A stretch of DNA of 64,000 nt from Paracoccaceae bacterium (GCA_049602715.1 JBMYRX010000004.1:514-64513); one strand, 5' to 3'; positions 35,049 to 46,033 are shown, counted from the first letter of the stretch. Translations and numbers: made by a program. Notes: generated by a model from the letters alone, not told the origin.

Positions 35049-36617
35049 ATGTTTAAATTCAATATTATAAAGAGCCTGACTCTGGTCATGGCTCTAATAC
35101 TAGGGGGAGCTATGATTACCCCAACAGGAGTAGAGGCAAAGAATAAGTTCATATTTGCAAACTCATCTCCGTATGACACTATGGATCCTCACGCCTTGTA
35201 CGATGTTGGTCGTGTTGCATACAGGATAAATCTATACGACGGGCTGTTGCGCTGGTTGGATAATCCACCTAAACTCTCGCCTTGGTTAGCAGATAGTTAT
35301 GACATTTCAGATGATGGTATATCCTATACTTTCCATTTAAATAAAAATGCTACATTTCATGATGGGTCCCCTGTTGAGGCAAAAGATGTGGTTTACTCTA
35401 TGGATCGCATCATAGCATTAAAAAAGGGAGCCGCTTCTCTTTTCTTAGGTTCAGTAGAATCCGGAACTACCAAAGCTTTGGATACACACACTGTACAATT
35501 CAATTTGGTTCAGCCATCGTCAATCTTTTTGGCAACGGTACCAGCGGTTCATGTTCTTAACTCAGATCTTGTGAAATCTCATGAAGTCGATGGAGATTGG
35601 GGTGCAACATGGTTATCTAAGAATGATGCCGGTTCAGGATCTTTCGAATTAGATAGATACGACCCAGCGATCGGTTTCTCTGCCAAGAGATATGCAAATC
35701 ACTTCAAAGGATGGGGAGATAAGTATCTTGATGAGATCGAATTTAGAACTGTAGTAGAAATAAACTCAAGAGTTCTAGGATTGATGAATGGTGACTTCCA
35801 CGGAACAGATGGCTATTTACCTCAAGATCAGGTAAAACGTTTAGACGCCTCTGATAATGTTAACGTACAAGTCGAAGAGTCCATGCGTATTTTCTATGTG
35901 ATACTTAATCACAACAGAGAGATTATGCAGGATATCAACTTTAGAAAAGCTTTATCTTACGCGTTTGATTATGATTCCTTCATAAATGATATTTTATCCG
36001 GATCAGTTGCAAGAAACCCTGCTCCAATGCCTAACAATATCTGGGGTAACCCAACAGAGGAAAAGGGTTACACCTACGATATGGATAAAGCTCGTGAGTA
36101 CCTTGCTAAGGTTAAAAAACCAATCCCTGAATTTGTACTTGGTGCATTGGCAGGATACGGGCAAACTGGGCAAGCAGCTGCACTCTTCCAAAATAGCCTT
36201 AATAAGCTTGGACTGAAAACAAGGATTGTTGAAGAGCCATGGTCAGTGGTTTCCAAGAAAATGAGAGATGAACAACAAATGTATGACACTCTCTTTATAT
36301 GGAAATCTACATATTATGCGGATCCAAATAACTGGATAGGTGAATTATATGCCTGTGACCAAATTGGAGCACGAAATAACTCTTGGTACTGCAACGAAGA
36401 AGTAGACAAACTTCTTATGGAAGCTCGAGTTGAGCCTGATCAAGCAAAAAGAGCTGCAAACTATAAAAAAGCAGCTAAGCTTGTAATGGATGATGCTGGT
36501 GGTATTTTTGTTTACAATACCGTATGGTTTGGCCCTTACAATAAAGATGTTAAAGGTGTCCGCTTTTCTCCAATCGGTAATGCTCAAGAAATGCGTTGGG
36601 TATATTTCGATAAATAA
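35049..36617 (+). CDS. ABC transporter substrate-binding protein, family 5 (peptide/nickel/opine type)
   Basis: 522 aa with a signal peptide, followed by DppBCDF-type genes. Confidence 0.85.
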   Translation: MFKFNIIKSLTLVMALILGGAMITPTGVEAKNKFIFANSSPYDTMDPHALYDVGRVAYRINLYDGLLRWLDNPPKLSPWLADSYDISDDGISYTFHLNKNATFHDGSPVEAKDVVYSMDRIIALKKGAASLFLGSVESGTTKALDTHTVQFNLVQPSSIFLATVPAVHVLNSDLVKSHEVDGDWGATWLSKNDAGSGSFELDRYDPAIGFSAKRYANHFKGWGDKYLDEIEFRTVVEINSRVLGLMNGDFHGTDGYLPQDQVKRLDASDNVNVQVEESMRIFYVILNHNREIMQDINFRKALSYAFDYDSFINDILSGSVARNPAPMPNNIWGNPTEEKGYTYDMDKAREYLAKVKKPIPEFVLGALAGYGQTGQAAALFQNSLNKLGLKTRIVEEPWSVVSKKMRDEQQMYDTLFIWKSTYYADPNNWIGELYACDQIGARNNSWYCNEEVDKLLMEARVEPDQAKRAANYKKAAKLVMDDAGGIFVYNTVWFGPYNKDVKGVRFSPIGNAQEMRWVYFDK

Positions 36618-36623
36618 AATAAT

Positions 36624-36645
36624 GGAGCAGCCTTCGGGCTGCTCC
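36624..36645 (+). terminator. Stable hairpin after the SBP gene (possible attenuator or mRNA stabiliser)
   Basis: The 9-bp stem ggagcagcc/ggctgctcc has a ttcg loop. The T-run is not immediately adjacent (taatttcaattttttt). Confidence 0.4.
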
Positions 36646-36686
36646 TAATTTCAATTTTTTTATAATAGAGAACTTTACGATCTGAT

Positions 36687-37691
36687 ATGAGAATTTTATA
36701 CTTAATATTCAACCGTATGATTTGGTTTGTTCCCACTCTTTTTGGGCTTCTCGCCCTTGTTTTTACTATTAGTCACATCATTCCTGCAGATCCGGTGGCA
36801 TTTCTAGCTGGTGATAACGCAACAAATGAACAAATTGCTGAATTAAGGGCTCAATATGGATTTGATAAACCACTATATATACAATTTTTTAATTATGTCA
36901 TAGGTACGTTCCAGGGTGACCTGGGTATTAGTTTATATACACAACGCCCAATAACCGACGATTTACTTGGGCGTCTTCCTGCAACATTAGAATTAACTTT
37001 CGTTTCAGTTTTTGTTTCTGCAGTTTTAGGGGTTCCGCTTGGCGTGATAGCAGCAGTATATCGAAATTCAATTGCTGATCATATTTTGAGGTTAATAACA
37101 GTTTCAGGTTTAGCAATTGCAAGTTTTTGGTTGGCAATTTTATTTCAATTATTTTTCGCAATGGAGCTACAATGGACACCACTTCAGGGAAGAATTGACG
37201 GTTGGGGTCCTGATCACATAACTGGGTTTTTTCTTTTAGATAGTGTTTTAACCCAGGATTGGGAGGTATTTGGAAGTGCTTTTAGTCATTTAGTTTTACC
37301 CGTTACAACTCTAGCCTTCCCAGCTATGGCGACGATTGTAAGATTCACACGTGCGGGTGTTTTAGATGCTATAAATTCAAATTATGTTTTATATGAACAG
37401 GCTATGGGATTTCCTCAAAGGATCATTATTTGGAAATATGTTTTAAGAAATGCGTTAATAGGTACAGTGACACAAATTGGTCTAATTTTTGGATTACTTT
37501 TAGCGGGAACAGTAGTCGTTGAGGCAGTTTTTGATTGGCCTGGTCTAGGTCTTTACGCAGTTCAATCTATTTTAAATTCGGACTATAACGCAATTATGGG
37601 CTTCACGTTAATCACTGGATCCATGTTCATTTTGATAAATCTTTTAGTGGATGTTTTACAAGGAGTAATTGATCCTAGGAGTGAAATATAA
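36687..37691 (+). CDS. ABC transporter permease (DppB-like)
   Basis: 334 aa, polytopic, of the family-5 type. Confidence 0.85.
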   Translation: MRILYLIFNRMIWFVPTLFGLLALVFTISHIIPADPVAFLAGDNATNEQIAELRAQYGFDKPLYIQFFNYVIGTFQGDLGISLYTQRPITDDLLGRLPATLELTFVSVFVSAVLGVPLGVIAAVYRNSIADHILRLITVSGLAIASFWLAILFQLFFAMELQWTPLQGRIDGWGPDHITGFFLLDSVLTQDWEVFGSAFSHLVLPVTTLAFPAMATIVRFTRAGVLDAINSNYVLYEQAMGFPQRIIIWKYVLRNALIGTVTQIGLIFGLLLAGTVVVEAVFDWPGLGLYAVQSILNSDYNAIMGFTLITGSMFILINLLVDVLQGVIDPRSEI

Positions 37692-37692
37692 G

Positions 37693-38553
37693 ATGCTTAG
37701 TACAACTGTCTTTTTACTCAAAAAATTAGCTCAAGATAGGACCGCTCTACTTGGGGCACTTTTGATATTAGGTCTGATTTTAGTTGCCATTTTTGCTCAG
37801 GTATTATCAACTCACCCGGAGGATATAACCGAGTTTCATCCCCCTGAGCGATTATTACCCCCTAGCTCAGAACACTTCTTTGGGACGGACAGGATGGGAT
37901 CTGATGTCTATTCGAGACTTCTTTATGGAGCTCGGATTACAATTGCTATTGCTCTAATAGCTATCAGCGTATCTGTGATAATAGGAGTACCCATCGGACT
38001 ATTAGCGGGATATTATCGTAACTGGTTTTCAGATGCGTTAATGCGTATCTCAGACATTTTTTTAGCAGTTCCCCAAATTATTTTAGCCATCGCTATAGCC
38101 CAAACACTTGGTCCATCCATTCAAAATGTTATTTTAGCACTTTCGGCAACTTATTGGCCATTTTGGACACGGCTTGTGTATGCCGAAACCAGATCAGCAT
38201 TAAATGAACCATACGTCGAAGCGTCCGTAGCTCTAGGATCCTCGCCACTAAGGGTAATGATTTTACATGTTTTACCAAATATCTCATCATCTATCATAGT
38301 CCGGACAACAATCGGTATGGGAGGAACAATCTTAACTGCTGCTGCTCTAGGGTTTCTAGGTTTAGGACCGCCTCCACCGAGTCCAGAATGGGGTCGTACT
38401 ATAGCTGAAAGTAGGGAGTTCCTACCAGAGGCTTGGTGGTACGCAGCAGCACCTGGAATTGCAATTTTCCTTGTTGTAATGGGTTTTAATCTCTTGGGAG
38501 ACGGACTACGGGATATTTTAGACCCGCGTACTCGGAGGAGTAAAGATGGATAA
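37693..38553 (+). CDS. ABC transporter permease (DppC-like)
   Basis: The start is taken at ATG 37693 (MLSTTVFLLKK...), 2 nt after the upstream stop, with AGGAG 11 nt upstream. The track ORF begins at 37669. Confidence 0.85.
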   Translation: MLSTTVFLLKKLAQDRTALLGALLILGLILVAIFAQVLSTHPEDITEFHPPERLLPPSSEHFFGTDRMGSDVYSRLLYGARITIAIALIAISVSVIIGVPIGLLAGYYRNWFSDALMRISDIFLAVPQIILAIAIAQTLGPSIQNVILALSATYWPFWTRLVYAETRSALNEPYVEASVALGSSPLRVMILHVLPNISSSIIVRTTIGMGGTILTAAALGFLGLGPPPPSPEWGRTIAESREFLPEAWWYAAAPGIAIFLVVMGFNLLGDGLRDILDPRTRRSKDG

Positions 38554-39583
38554 AAAATTATTATCTGTCAATGGATTAGAGGTCGGCTTTGATACGGATA
38601 ACGGTCTTGCTGAAGTTCTTGATAAAGTAAATTTTGAGATGAACCCGGGAGAAATTGTAGGTCTCGTGGGTGAATCTGGCTGTGGAAAAACTACTTTAGC
38701 TAGGGCAATCCTCGGGGTCTTACCCTCCAATTCCGCAAGAATATCCTCAGGGTCAATTATTTTTGATGATAATGATTTATTGAAGTTATCTCCGAATGCC
38801 TTAGCATCAGACATTAGAGGTAAGTTAATAACTTTTATTCCTCAAGATCCTCTCTCCTCTTTCAATCCAGTATTTACCATCGGCGCACAAATGATGGAAC
38901 TAATGAAATGGAAATCGCCTGATCGCCCACCTGCGAGGAAATTTATGAAATACGATAAAGCTCGTAAAACAACAGACAAAAAACGAATTTTAGATTTACT
39001 TCAAATCGTTCAACTTCCTGATCCTGAAGCAATATTAAAAAAATATCCACACGAAGTCTCTGGAGGGCAAAGGCAAAGATTGATGATTGCAATGGCTCTT
39101 CTACCTGAGCCTCGGATGATAATAGCGGATGAACCCACCACAGCATTAGATGTAACAATTCAAGCTCAAATTCTTAAATTACTTAGAGGAGTGGCGGTAG
39201 AGCGAGGCGTATCAGTTTTATTTACTACCCATGATCTAGGGGCAGCCTATGAAATATGTGATAGAATCACTGTAATGTATGCTGGGCAAGAAGTAGAGAC
39301 CGCGGACTCAAAGGATTTTTTTTCCAACCCACTTCACCCTTACACAAAAAAATTACTTCAAAGCCTTCCTAGCCATTCTGAGAAAATTGAAGGTATTGCT
39401 GGACAGATTCCCGCACTTATCAAACCACCAAGCGGTTGTCGCTTTCATCCCCGTTGTGATGTCTCTGTGGAAAAATGTCTAAAATTTAGACCTGATGTCG
39501 AATGGCCTAAAAATGGTCACATGTTAAGATGCTTCAATTTCAATTCTTCAGCTATTGAGGTAAGTCAAAATGTCAAAAAATAG
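38546..39583 (+). CDS. ABC transporter ATP-binding protein (DppD-like)
   Basis: It has Walker A (GESGCGKTT), the signature SGGQRQR, and a C-terminal oligopeptide-type extension (HPYT...GCRFHPRC). Confidence 0.9.
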   Translation: MDKKLLSVNGLEVGFDTDNGLAEVLDKVNFEMNPGEIVGLVGESGCGKTTLARAILGVLPSNSARISSGSIIFDDNDLLKLSPNALASDIRGKLITFIPQDPLSSFNPVFTIGAQMMELMKWKSPDRPPARKFMKYDKARKTTDKKRILDLLQIVQLPDPEAILKKYPHEVSGGQRQRLMIAMALLPEPRMIIADEPTTALDVTIQAQILKLLRGVAVERGVSVLFTTHDLGAAYEICDRITVMYAGQEVETADSKDFFSNPLHPYTKKLLQSLPSHSEKIEGIAGQIPALIKPPSGCRFHPRCDVSVEKCLKFRPDVEWPKNGHMLRCFNFNSSAIEVSQNVKK

Positions 39584-40589
39584 TACCGATAACATTATGG
39601 ATTCAACTTCAAGTATCAATATCGGTGAAACGATTTTGAATATTGAAAACTTTTCAAAATGGTTTCCCATACACAACTCCTGGAATAGGCAAACAGGTTG
39701 GTTAAAAGCGTTAGATAAGGTGTCTTTAACTGTAAAAAAAGGTGAAATTATCGGTGTCGTAGGTGAATCCGGTTGTGGAAAATCAACGCTCGGCAAAACC
39801 ATTATGGGAATTCACAAGTTGACTGAAGGTTCGGTTAATTTTGAAGGCAGTGAAATTGGTCATTTGAGCCCTTCTCAATCACGTCAATTAAGACGTCGTC
39901 TGCAATATACATATCAAGACCCTGGTTCATCATTAGATCCAAGGTGGAAGATTGGAAGAGCGTTACATGAACCACTAGAAATTCATACAACCCTTACAAA
40001 AGAAGAAAGACAGAAACGAGTGAGCGCCATTTTAAAAGCGGTAAACCTACCTGAGGCTCATCTCGACTTGTATCCTCATGAAATCTCTGGTGGACAACAA
40101 CGGCGTATCGGCCTGGCAAGAATTTTAACACTCCATCCAAGTTTAATAATTTTAGATGAGCCAACATCTGGCTTAGACGTCTCTGTTCAAGCCACAATAT
40201 TGAATCTATTTTTGGATCTTCAAAAGAAATTTGACCTTACCTATATTTTTATTAGCCATGATCTATCCGTTGTACGGATGATATGCGATCGTGTAGCGGT
40301 TATGTATTTGGGAAAAATTGTTGAAATAAACCAAACAGAAGAACTTTTTTCCAACCCCAAGCATCCTTACACTCAATCCCTCTTGTCTGCTATCCCAGTA
40401 ATAGGTGGAGAAAAAGTTACTGAGAACTTTTGGCTTGAAGGAGAACCTCCGAATCCAAGCAATCTTCCTTCAGGATGTAGTTTTAGAACCCGATGTCCAA
40501 AGCAAACTGAGGAGTGTAAGAAATCAAGTCCGCCTCTGGAGAATGGACAGAATGATCATGCAGTTGCGTGTTTTAATACGTCCACATAG
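39570..40589 (+). CDS. ABC transporter ATP-binding protein (DppF-like)
   Basis: It has Walker A (GESGCGKST), the signature SGGQQRR, and the C-terminal motif HPYT...GCSFRTRC. Confidence 0.9.
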   Translation: MSKNSTDNIMDSTSSINIGETILNIENFSKWFPIHNSWNRQTGWLKALDKVSLTVKKGEIIGVVGESGCGKSTLGKTIMGIHKLTEGSVNFEGSEIGHLSPSQSRQLRRRLQYTYQDPGSSLDPRWKIGRALHEPLEIHTTLTKEERQKRVSAILKAVNLPEAHLDLYPHEISGGQQRRIGLARILTLHPSLIILDEPTSGLDVSVQATILNLFLDLQKKFDLTYIFISHDLSVVRMICDRVAVMYLGKIVEINQTEELFSNPKHPYTQSLLSAIPVIGGEKVTENFWLEGEPPNPSNLPSGCSFRTRCPKQTEECKKSSPPLENGQNDHAVACFNTST

Positions 40590-40621
40590 CAGGTTAAACC
40601 AATTAATTAGAGGAGTTCATA

Positions 40622-41542
40622 ATGAGTAAAGACACAGGACACCAGATACCAGATCAACCAGAAAGTTGGCGTTGGCCTGAAGAAAAGTGGCGTGAGATAG
40701 TAAATAAAATTCGCGCAGGCCGAAGTATGAAACCTAAACATTGGCCGGATGGTGCTAAGGTTGCCGTTGCGCTATCCTTTGACTCGGACCATGAAACCCA
40801 AACCTTGCGTTGGGGCCATCATTCCCCTGGAAAATTAAGTCAGGGAGAATATGGAAACCGTGTCGGTGTGCCAAGGGTGTTAGAAATATTAAAGAAATAT
40901 AACGCCCCCTCTACTTTTTTTGTGCCCGCAGTAATTGCTATGCTTTACCCAGATGAACAAAAGAGGGTTATAGCTGAGGGCCATGAGGTTGCCATCCATT
41001 CCTGGATACATGAACTTAACAGTGCCCTTGCCCCAGAGGATGAGCGTGAGTTACAGATGAGGTCCGCAGACAAATTGGAAGAAATAACTGGGGTAAGGCC
41101 AGTTGGAATCAGAACACCATCATGGGACTTTTCTCAACACACAATGGAAATCACTCGTGAAATGGGTTTAATTTATGATAGCTCGTTAATGGCGGATGAC
41201 GAACCCTATGAAATTTTAGAAAATGGAAAACCAAGTGGTGTCGTTGAACTTCCAGTTGAATGGATACGCGACGACGCTCCGTATTGGGCTATGGACCGTT
41301 TTACTGGTCTGCGTCCCTATACCCCTCCCTCTGGTGTACTAGAGGTTTTTAAAAGGGAGTTCGACGGAGCATATGCCGACAATGGATTATTCCTCTTAAC
41401 TATGCACCCTCATTTTATTGGGCATAGATCTCGTATCCAAGTATTAGAAGAGTTACTTAGATATATAAATTCGCATCCAGACGTTTGGTGTGCGACCCAC
41501 GCAGATATAGCTAGGTATTGTCACGAGCAAAACCCCGCTTAA
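40622..41542 (+). CDS. Polysaccharide deacetylase-family hydrolase (PuuE-like)
   Basis: 306 aa. It contains the DSDHE metal/catalytic motif and an HSW.HE motif. The C-terminal ...HPDVWCATHADIARYC resembles PuuE-type allantoinases. Confidence 0.7.
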   Translation: MSKDTGHQIPDQPESWRWPEEKWREIVNKIRAGRSMKPKHWPDGAKVAVALSFDSDHETQTLRWGHHSPGKLSQGEYGNRVGVPRVLEILKKYNAPSTFFVPAVIAMLYPDEQKRVIAEGHEVAIHSWIHELNSALAPEDERELQMRSADKLEEITGVRPVGIRTPSWDFSQHTMEITREMGLIYDSSLMADDEPYEILENGKPSGVVELPVEWIRDDAPYWAMDRFTGLRPYTPPSGVLEVFKREFDGAYADNGLFLLTMHPHFIGHRSRIQVLEELLRYINSHPDVWCATHADIARYCHEQNPA

Positions 41543-41582
41543 TTATTGATTCTAAGAAGTTGGAATATTAGGATAACTTCTA

Positions 41583-42785
41583 ATGGGTAAAGTATGGCTC
41601 CCATTTCTGTGCGTACTTTTCCCTCAAGTAACGTTGGCCGTTATAAATCATGGTAAATTAGTTCTAGCACCGCTTTATACAGCTGCAGCTGGCCTTCCAC
41701 CCGAGACAGTTGGTATTATTGGCGGGTTGAGTGGTTTGGGTTCCGTTTGGCTTTTCTCCGCCAACAAGGTCATTTTACCAAGCTTTGGCCCAATTCGAGC
41801 TCTTATCTTTGGATGTTTTTTAGCTCCAATAGGAGCAATGTTGCTATTGTTTCAACAACCTACTCTCATTTTTATTGCTGCAATCGTTATGGGATTCGGT
41901 TACGCGATTACAGCTCCAGCGGGTAGTGAAATACTTGCGAAATACACTCCTAAAAAACTTTGGGGAACGCTTTTTTCTCTACGAATGGCAGGTGTGCCTG
42001 TGGGTGGAGCCGTGGCTGGTATTATTGGGGCAAGTGTAGCAAGCCTTTATAGTTGGAAAGCAGCTGTTATTGTTATTGTATTACCAGCGCTAATAACAGG
42101 AATATTCCTTATAACAATGCAATCAAAATTTAATGGCTCAAAATTTAGAGTTAATTTTCAATTATTAAATCTCTTTAATCCACTCAACTTGTTAAGCCCA
42201 TTTAGAGTTTTAAAAAAAATTCCAGGACTCCCATTAATCACGTTTGTGAGTATAGGATACGCGTCAATACAGGGAGGTGTTTTTACTTTTCTGACGACTT
42301 ATCTTGTAACTGAAGTTAAAATTTCAATCGTGTTAGCGGGAGGTCTATACGGAACTATGCAAATTGCTAGTTTTTTTGGACGAATAACAGTCGGTGTTAT
42401 CGCTGATCGTTTCTTTTCTTCTAGATCTGTATTAATGGTACTTGGTCTAATTGGGCCATGTGGGATTTATCTATTAACCACTCTGGAAAACACTTTATCA
42501 AATTTTATTTTATTTCCATCAATGGTTGTAATTGGAATTTCAACCGCAAGTTGGAACGGACTATTTATGGCAGAAGTTACTAAGATTGCTCCAGAACACG
42601 ATGTAAGTGAGGCAACCTCAGCTTCAACCTTTTTTACCTTTATTACCTACATGCTTGCACCTCTATTTTTTGGATTCCTAGCTTTATCATTCAGTTATAA
42701 TTTTGCTTTTTATACAGTTGGAGCATGTGGGTTACTATCAGTTGTTGCACTATCAACTACAATATTTAGGGAGAAACTACTATGA
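41583..42785 (+). CDS. MFS transporter
   Basis: 400 aa with about 12 hydrophobic segments. Its stop overlaps the next gene's start (ATGA). Confidence 0.75.
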   Translation: MGKVWLPFLCVLFPQVTLAVINHGKLVLAPLYTAAAGLPPETVGIIGGLSGLGSVWLFSANKVILPSFGPIRALIFGCFLAPIGAMLLLFQQPTLIFIAAIVMGFGYAITAPAGSEILAKYTPKKLWGTLFSLRMAGVPVGGAVAGIIGASVASLYSWKAAVIVIVLPALITGIFLITMQSKFNGSKFRVNFQLLNLFNPLNLLSPFRVLKKIPGLPLITFVSIGYASIQGGVFTFLTTYLVTEVKISIVLAGGLYGTMQIASFFGRITVGVIADRFFSSRSVLMVLGLIGPCGIYLLTTLENTLSNFILFPSMVVIGISTASWNGLFMAEVTKIAPEHDVSEATSASTFFTFITYMLAPLFFGFLALSFSYNFAFYTVGACGLLSVVALSTTIFREKLL

Positions 42786-43786
42786 AAGCTGCCTTTTACA
42801 ACAAAACAGGAAAAGCTGAAAAAGTTCTAAAAATTGGAACTGTGAAAACCCCAAAACCCGGGCCAAATGAAGTTTTAATTTCTGTGAAAGCATCAGGAAT
42901 TAATCCGTCCGACGTTAAACGCCGCGGTGGCTGGCAATATAAAGATTTACCTTTTCCATTGATTATCCCTCACTCAGATGGAGCAGGTACTATTGTAGAA
43001 ATTGGACAAAACGTATCATCAAAATACCAAGATCTAGATGTATGGATATGGAACGCGCAAGGAGGATACTCAGGGCCTGGAAGAGCCTTTGGAACAGCAG
43101 CCGAGTTCATAACCGTTCCAATCACTCAGGTTTCTAAATTGCCAGAAGAGTTAACCTTTAAAGAGGGCGCATGCTTAGGCGTGCCTTTCCGTACTGCTCA
43201 TAGGGCTATTTTTGCCGATGGTTCAATCGCAGATAAAATGGTATTAGTTCAAGGTGCAGGCGGAGTAGTTGGGAACTTCTCTGTTCAAATTGCAAGACAC
43301 TTTGGAGCCACTGTAATAGGGACTGCTGGATCACCAGATAGTTTAAAACATGCAGAAAAAGCAGGTGCTCATTACACCGTAAACCGACACGACAGTTCAT
43401 ACTCCACGCAGATTATGGACATTACAAAAGGATTAGGCGTCGATCGAATAATAGAACTAGAATTTGGAAAAAATTTAGAAACAGACATCGAGTTACTAAA
43501 GCCTAATGGTATTATAGCCGCTTACTCTTCTACGGAAATACCAAAACCAACTTTTCCGTATTATAATCTTGCAGCTAAGGGCGGCCAAATCAATCTTATT
43601 CAGAGTTTTAATTTACCCAATGGTGCCGAAAAATTAAGCCAAGATCATTTAGAAATTTTAACTAACTCAGATAATTTTTTTATTTCTATTGGAAAACGCT
43701 TAACCTTGAATAATATTGCGCTTGCTCATTCTCTTGTTGAAAAGAAATCTGTCATTGGAAATGTTGTACTTGATATTAATGGTTAA
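42782..43786 (+). CDS. Zinc-type alcohol dehydrogenase / quinone oxidoreductase family (MDR)
   Basis: 334 aa with an MDR fold pattern (GINPSD, a GAGGVG cofactor loop). Confidence 0.8.
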   Translation: MKAAFYNKTGKAEKVLKIGTVKTPKPGPNEVLISVKASGINPSDVKRRGGWQYKDLPFPLIIPHSDGAGTIVEIGQNVSSKYQDLDVWIWNAQGGYSGPGRAFGTAAEFITVPITQVSKLPEELTFKEGACLGVPFRTAHRAIFADGSIADKMVLVQGAGGVVGNFSVQIARHFGATVIGTAGSPDSLKHAEKAGAHYTVNRHDSSYSTQIMDITKGLGVDRIIELEFGKNLETDIELLKPNGIIAAYSSTEIPKPTFPYYNLAAKGGQINLIQSFNLPNGAEKLSQDHLEILTNSDNFFISIGKRLTLNNIALAHSLVEKKSVIGNVVLDING

Positions 43787-43874
43787 AACCAAATTTACTT
43801 TTCTTAAAAATAAACTTATTGCTCTCTGAAAACAGAGTAACCTGGTAGAACATACTGTAGTTTAATGGAGTAAT

Positions 43875-45899
43875 GTGTTGACAAACCCACTTTTAACCAA
43901 ATGGACAACTCCATTTGAGTTCCCGCCATTTTCATTAATTAACGATAATCACTTCGATGAAGCTTTCAATCACGCTATAAAAGAGGCTGAGGATAAGTTT
44001 GACAAAATTTCAAAAAATCAGAGCCCTGCTACATTTGAAAATACGATAGAGGAAATGGAAAAAGCTGACTATCTACTGGATCGTGTCTCAAGTGTCTTTT
44101 ATAATCTTGTTGGAACAGACAGTAATGATGTCCGGAAATCTCTCCAATCAAAACTATCTCCAGTATTAGCCCAGTTTAATTCAAGAATATTAACAAATAA
44201 CAGCTTATGGATGCGAATAAGCCATGTATATAAAAACCGTTTACTCACAAACCTTAATGAAGAACAGGTTCGTGTAACGGAACTTTATTATCAAATGTTC
44301 AAACGTTCAGGGGCAAAACTGAATAGTAAAAATAAAACTCGGTATACTGAAATAATGTCTAGATTGGCGGAAATTGGAACAGAGTTTTCACAAAATCTAC
44401 TAGCAGCCGAAGGTAATTGGACTTTATCACTTAAAGAGTCAGACGTAGAAGAGTTACCAAATTTTTTAAAAACCTCAATGTCTCAGGCAGCGTCAGATCG
44501 TGGGTTAAACGGATATGCATTAACACTAAGTCGATCCATATTAGAACCATTTCTTCAGTTTTCGAGTCGAAGAGACTTAAGACGACAGGTATTACTGGCA
44601 TGGCAAGAACGTGGATCAGGTGAAGACGATGTTAATAATGGTAATCTCGCAAAAGAAATGTTGAAGCTCAGAACTGAAAGGGCACAAATTTTAGGGTATA
44701 AATCGTTTGCTGAGTTTAAACTTGAAAATCAAATGGCAAGGAAACCAAGTAATGTTAGGGACCTATTAATGGCAGTTTGGGAGCCAGCAAAACAAAAAGC
44801 TGAAAAAGATACAAAAATCTTAGAAACACTTCTAGAAAATGATGGCCACTCAGGTCCCCTTCTCCCTTCAGATTGGCACTTTTATGCAGAAAAGTACCGC
44901 CAAAATGAATATCAACTTAGTGAGGTTCAAATAAAACCTTACTTTCAATTAGAATTGATGATTGACGCAGCCTTTTATTGTGCGGGGAAACTATTTGGAT
45001 TGAAGTTTGAAAAGATTTCGCTTGATCTCTATCACCCTGACGCAAAAGTGTGGGAAGTAACAAAAAATGGTAAACATATTGCCCTGTTTGTAGGCGATTA
45101 TTACGCTCGAAAGTCCAAGAGATCTGGCGCTTGGTGTTCTTCGTTTAGAGGACAGTCCAAACTGGCAGGCAAACAAACACCTATCGCTATCAATGTATGC
45201 AATTTCACAAAGCCAACAGAAAATGAACCATCTCTTCTAAGTTTCCAGGATGCATTAACTCTCTTTCATGAGTTTGGTCACGCCTTACATGTGATGCTCT
45301 CGGACGTAACATATCCCTTTATATCAGGTACATCTGTTCCTCGTGATTTCGTTGAACTACCAAGTCAATTATATGAGCACTGGCTTGAAATTCCAGAGGT
45401 ACTTAATAAATTTGCAGTGCATTATCAGACAGGGAAACCGATTCCAGAATCTTTAATAAAAAAGATACTAAGAACACGAAAACTCGATCAAGGGTTTGCT
45501 ACTGTTGAGTATGTTTCGTCAGCCTTAGTCGATTTAAGTTTTCATGAGAATACAAACGATATTGATCCTACTATTGAAGAAAAACGTTTGTTAAACGACT
45601 TGGAAATGCCGTCTGCAATTAGAATGAGGCATTCCACTCCTAATTTTTCACATATTTTCTCCGGTGATGGATATTCCGCTGGCTACTACTCCTATATGTG
45701 GTCAGAAGTGATGGACGCAGATGCATTTCAAGCTTTTTTGGAAGTCAATGATCCCTTTGACCCTAAAACAGCTGAACGACTTCATTCATGCATATATTCT
45801 GCGGGGGGGTCCAAACCACCTGAAGAGTTGTATATTAACTTCAGAGGTTCGCTTCCGTCGGTTAATGCTCTTTTAAAGCAACGTGGGTTAGATACTTAA
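43875..45899 (+). CDS. dcp: M3-family peptidyl-dipeptidase
   Basis: 674 aa with the zinc motif HEFGHALH and an N-terminal NPLLTKWTTPFEFPPF typical of Dcp. GTG start. Confidence 0.85.
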   Translation: MLTNPLLTKWTTPFEFPPFSLINDNHFDEAFNHAIKEAEDKFDKISKNQSPATFENTIEEMEKADYLLDRVSSVFYNLVGTDSNDVRKSLQSKLSPVLAQFNSRILTNNSLWMRISHVYKNRLLTNLNEEQVRVTELYYQMFKRSGAKLNSKNKTRYTEIMSRLAEIGTEFSQNLLAAEGNWTLSLKESDVEELPNFLKTSMSQAASDRGLNGYALTLSRSILEPFLQFSSRRDLRRQVLLAWQERGSGEDDVNNGNLAKEMLKLRTERAQILGYKSFAEFKLENQMARKPSNVRDLLMAVWEPAKQKAEKDTKILETLLENDGHSGPLLPSDWHFYAEKYRQNEYQLSEVQIKPYFQLELMIDAAFYCAGKLFGLKFEKISLDLYHPDAKVWEVTKNGKHIALFVGDYYARKSKRSGAWCSSFRGQSKLAGKQTPIAINVCNFTKPTENEPSLLSFQDALTLFHEFGHALHVMLSDVTYPFISGTSVPRDFVELPSQLYEHWLEIPEVLNKFAVHYQTGKPIPESLIKKILRTRKLDQGFATVEYVSSALVDLSFHENTNDIDPTIEEKRLLNDLEMPSAIRMRHSTPNFSHIFSGDGYSAGYYSYMWSEVMDADAFQAFLEVNDPFDPKTAERLHSCIYSAGGSKPPEELYINFRGSLPSVNALLKQRGLDT

Positions 45900-46033
45900 A
45901 CTGAATTACCGGATAGTTTTTAGTATAGTAGAAATAACCCTAGTAATAACCTACACCCTTTATTAATAATGAGATATACATTTGTTAGTAAGGATGCCTC
46001 AATCTAACAAAAAATCTATGTGGGAAAATCAAA

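Noticed and set aside
41555-41581. 7-bp hairpin agaagtt/aacttct enclosing the Shine-Dalgarno sequence just before the MFS gene start
   Set aside because: The stem is short and AU-rich with a 13-nt loop. I cannot distinguish it from chance without conservation data.
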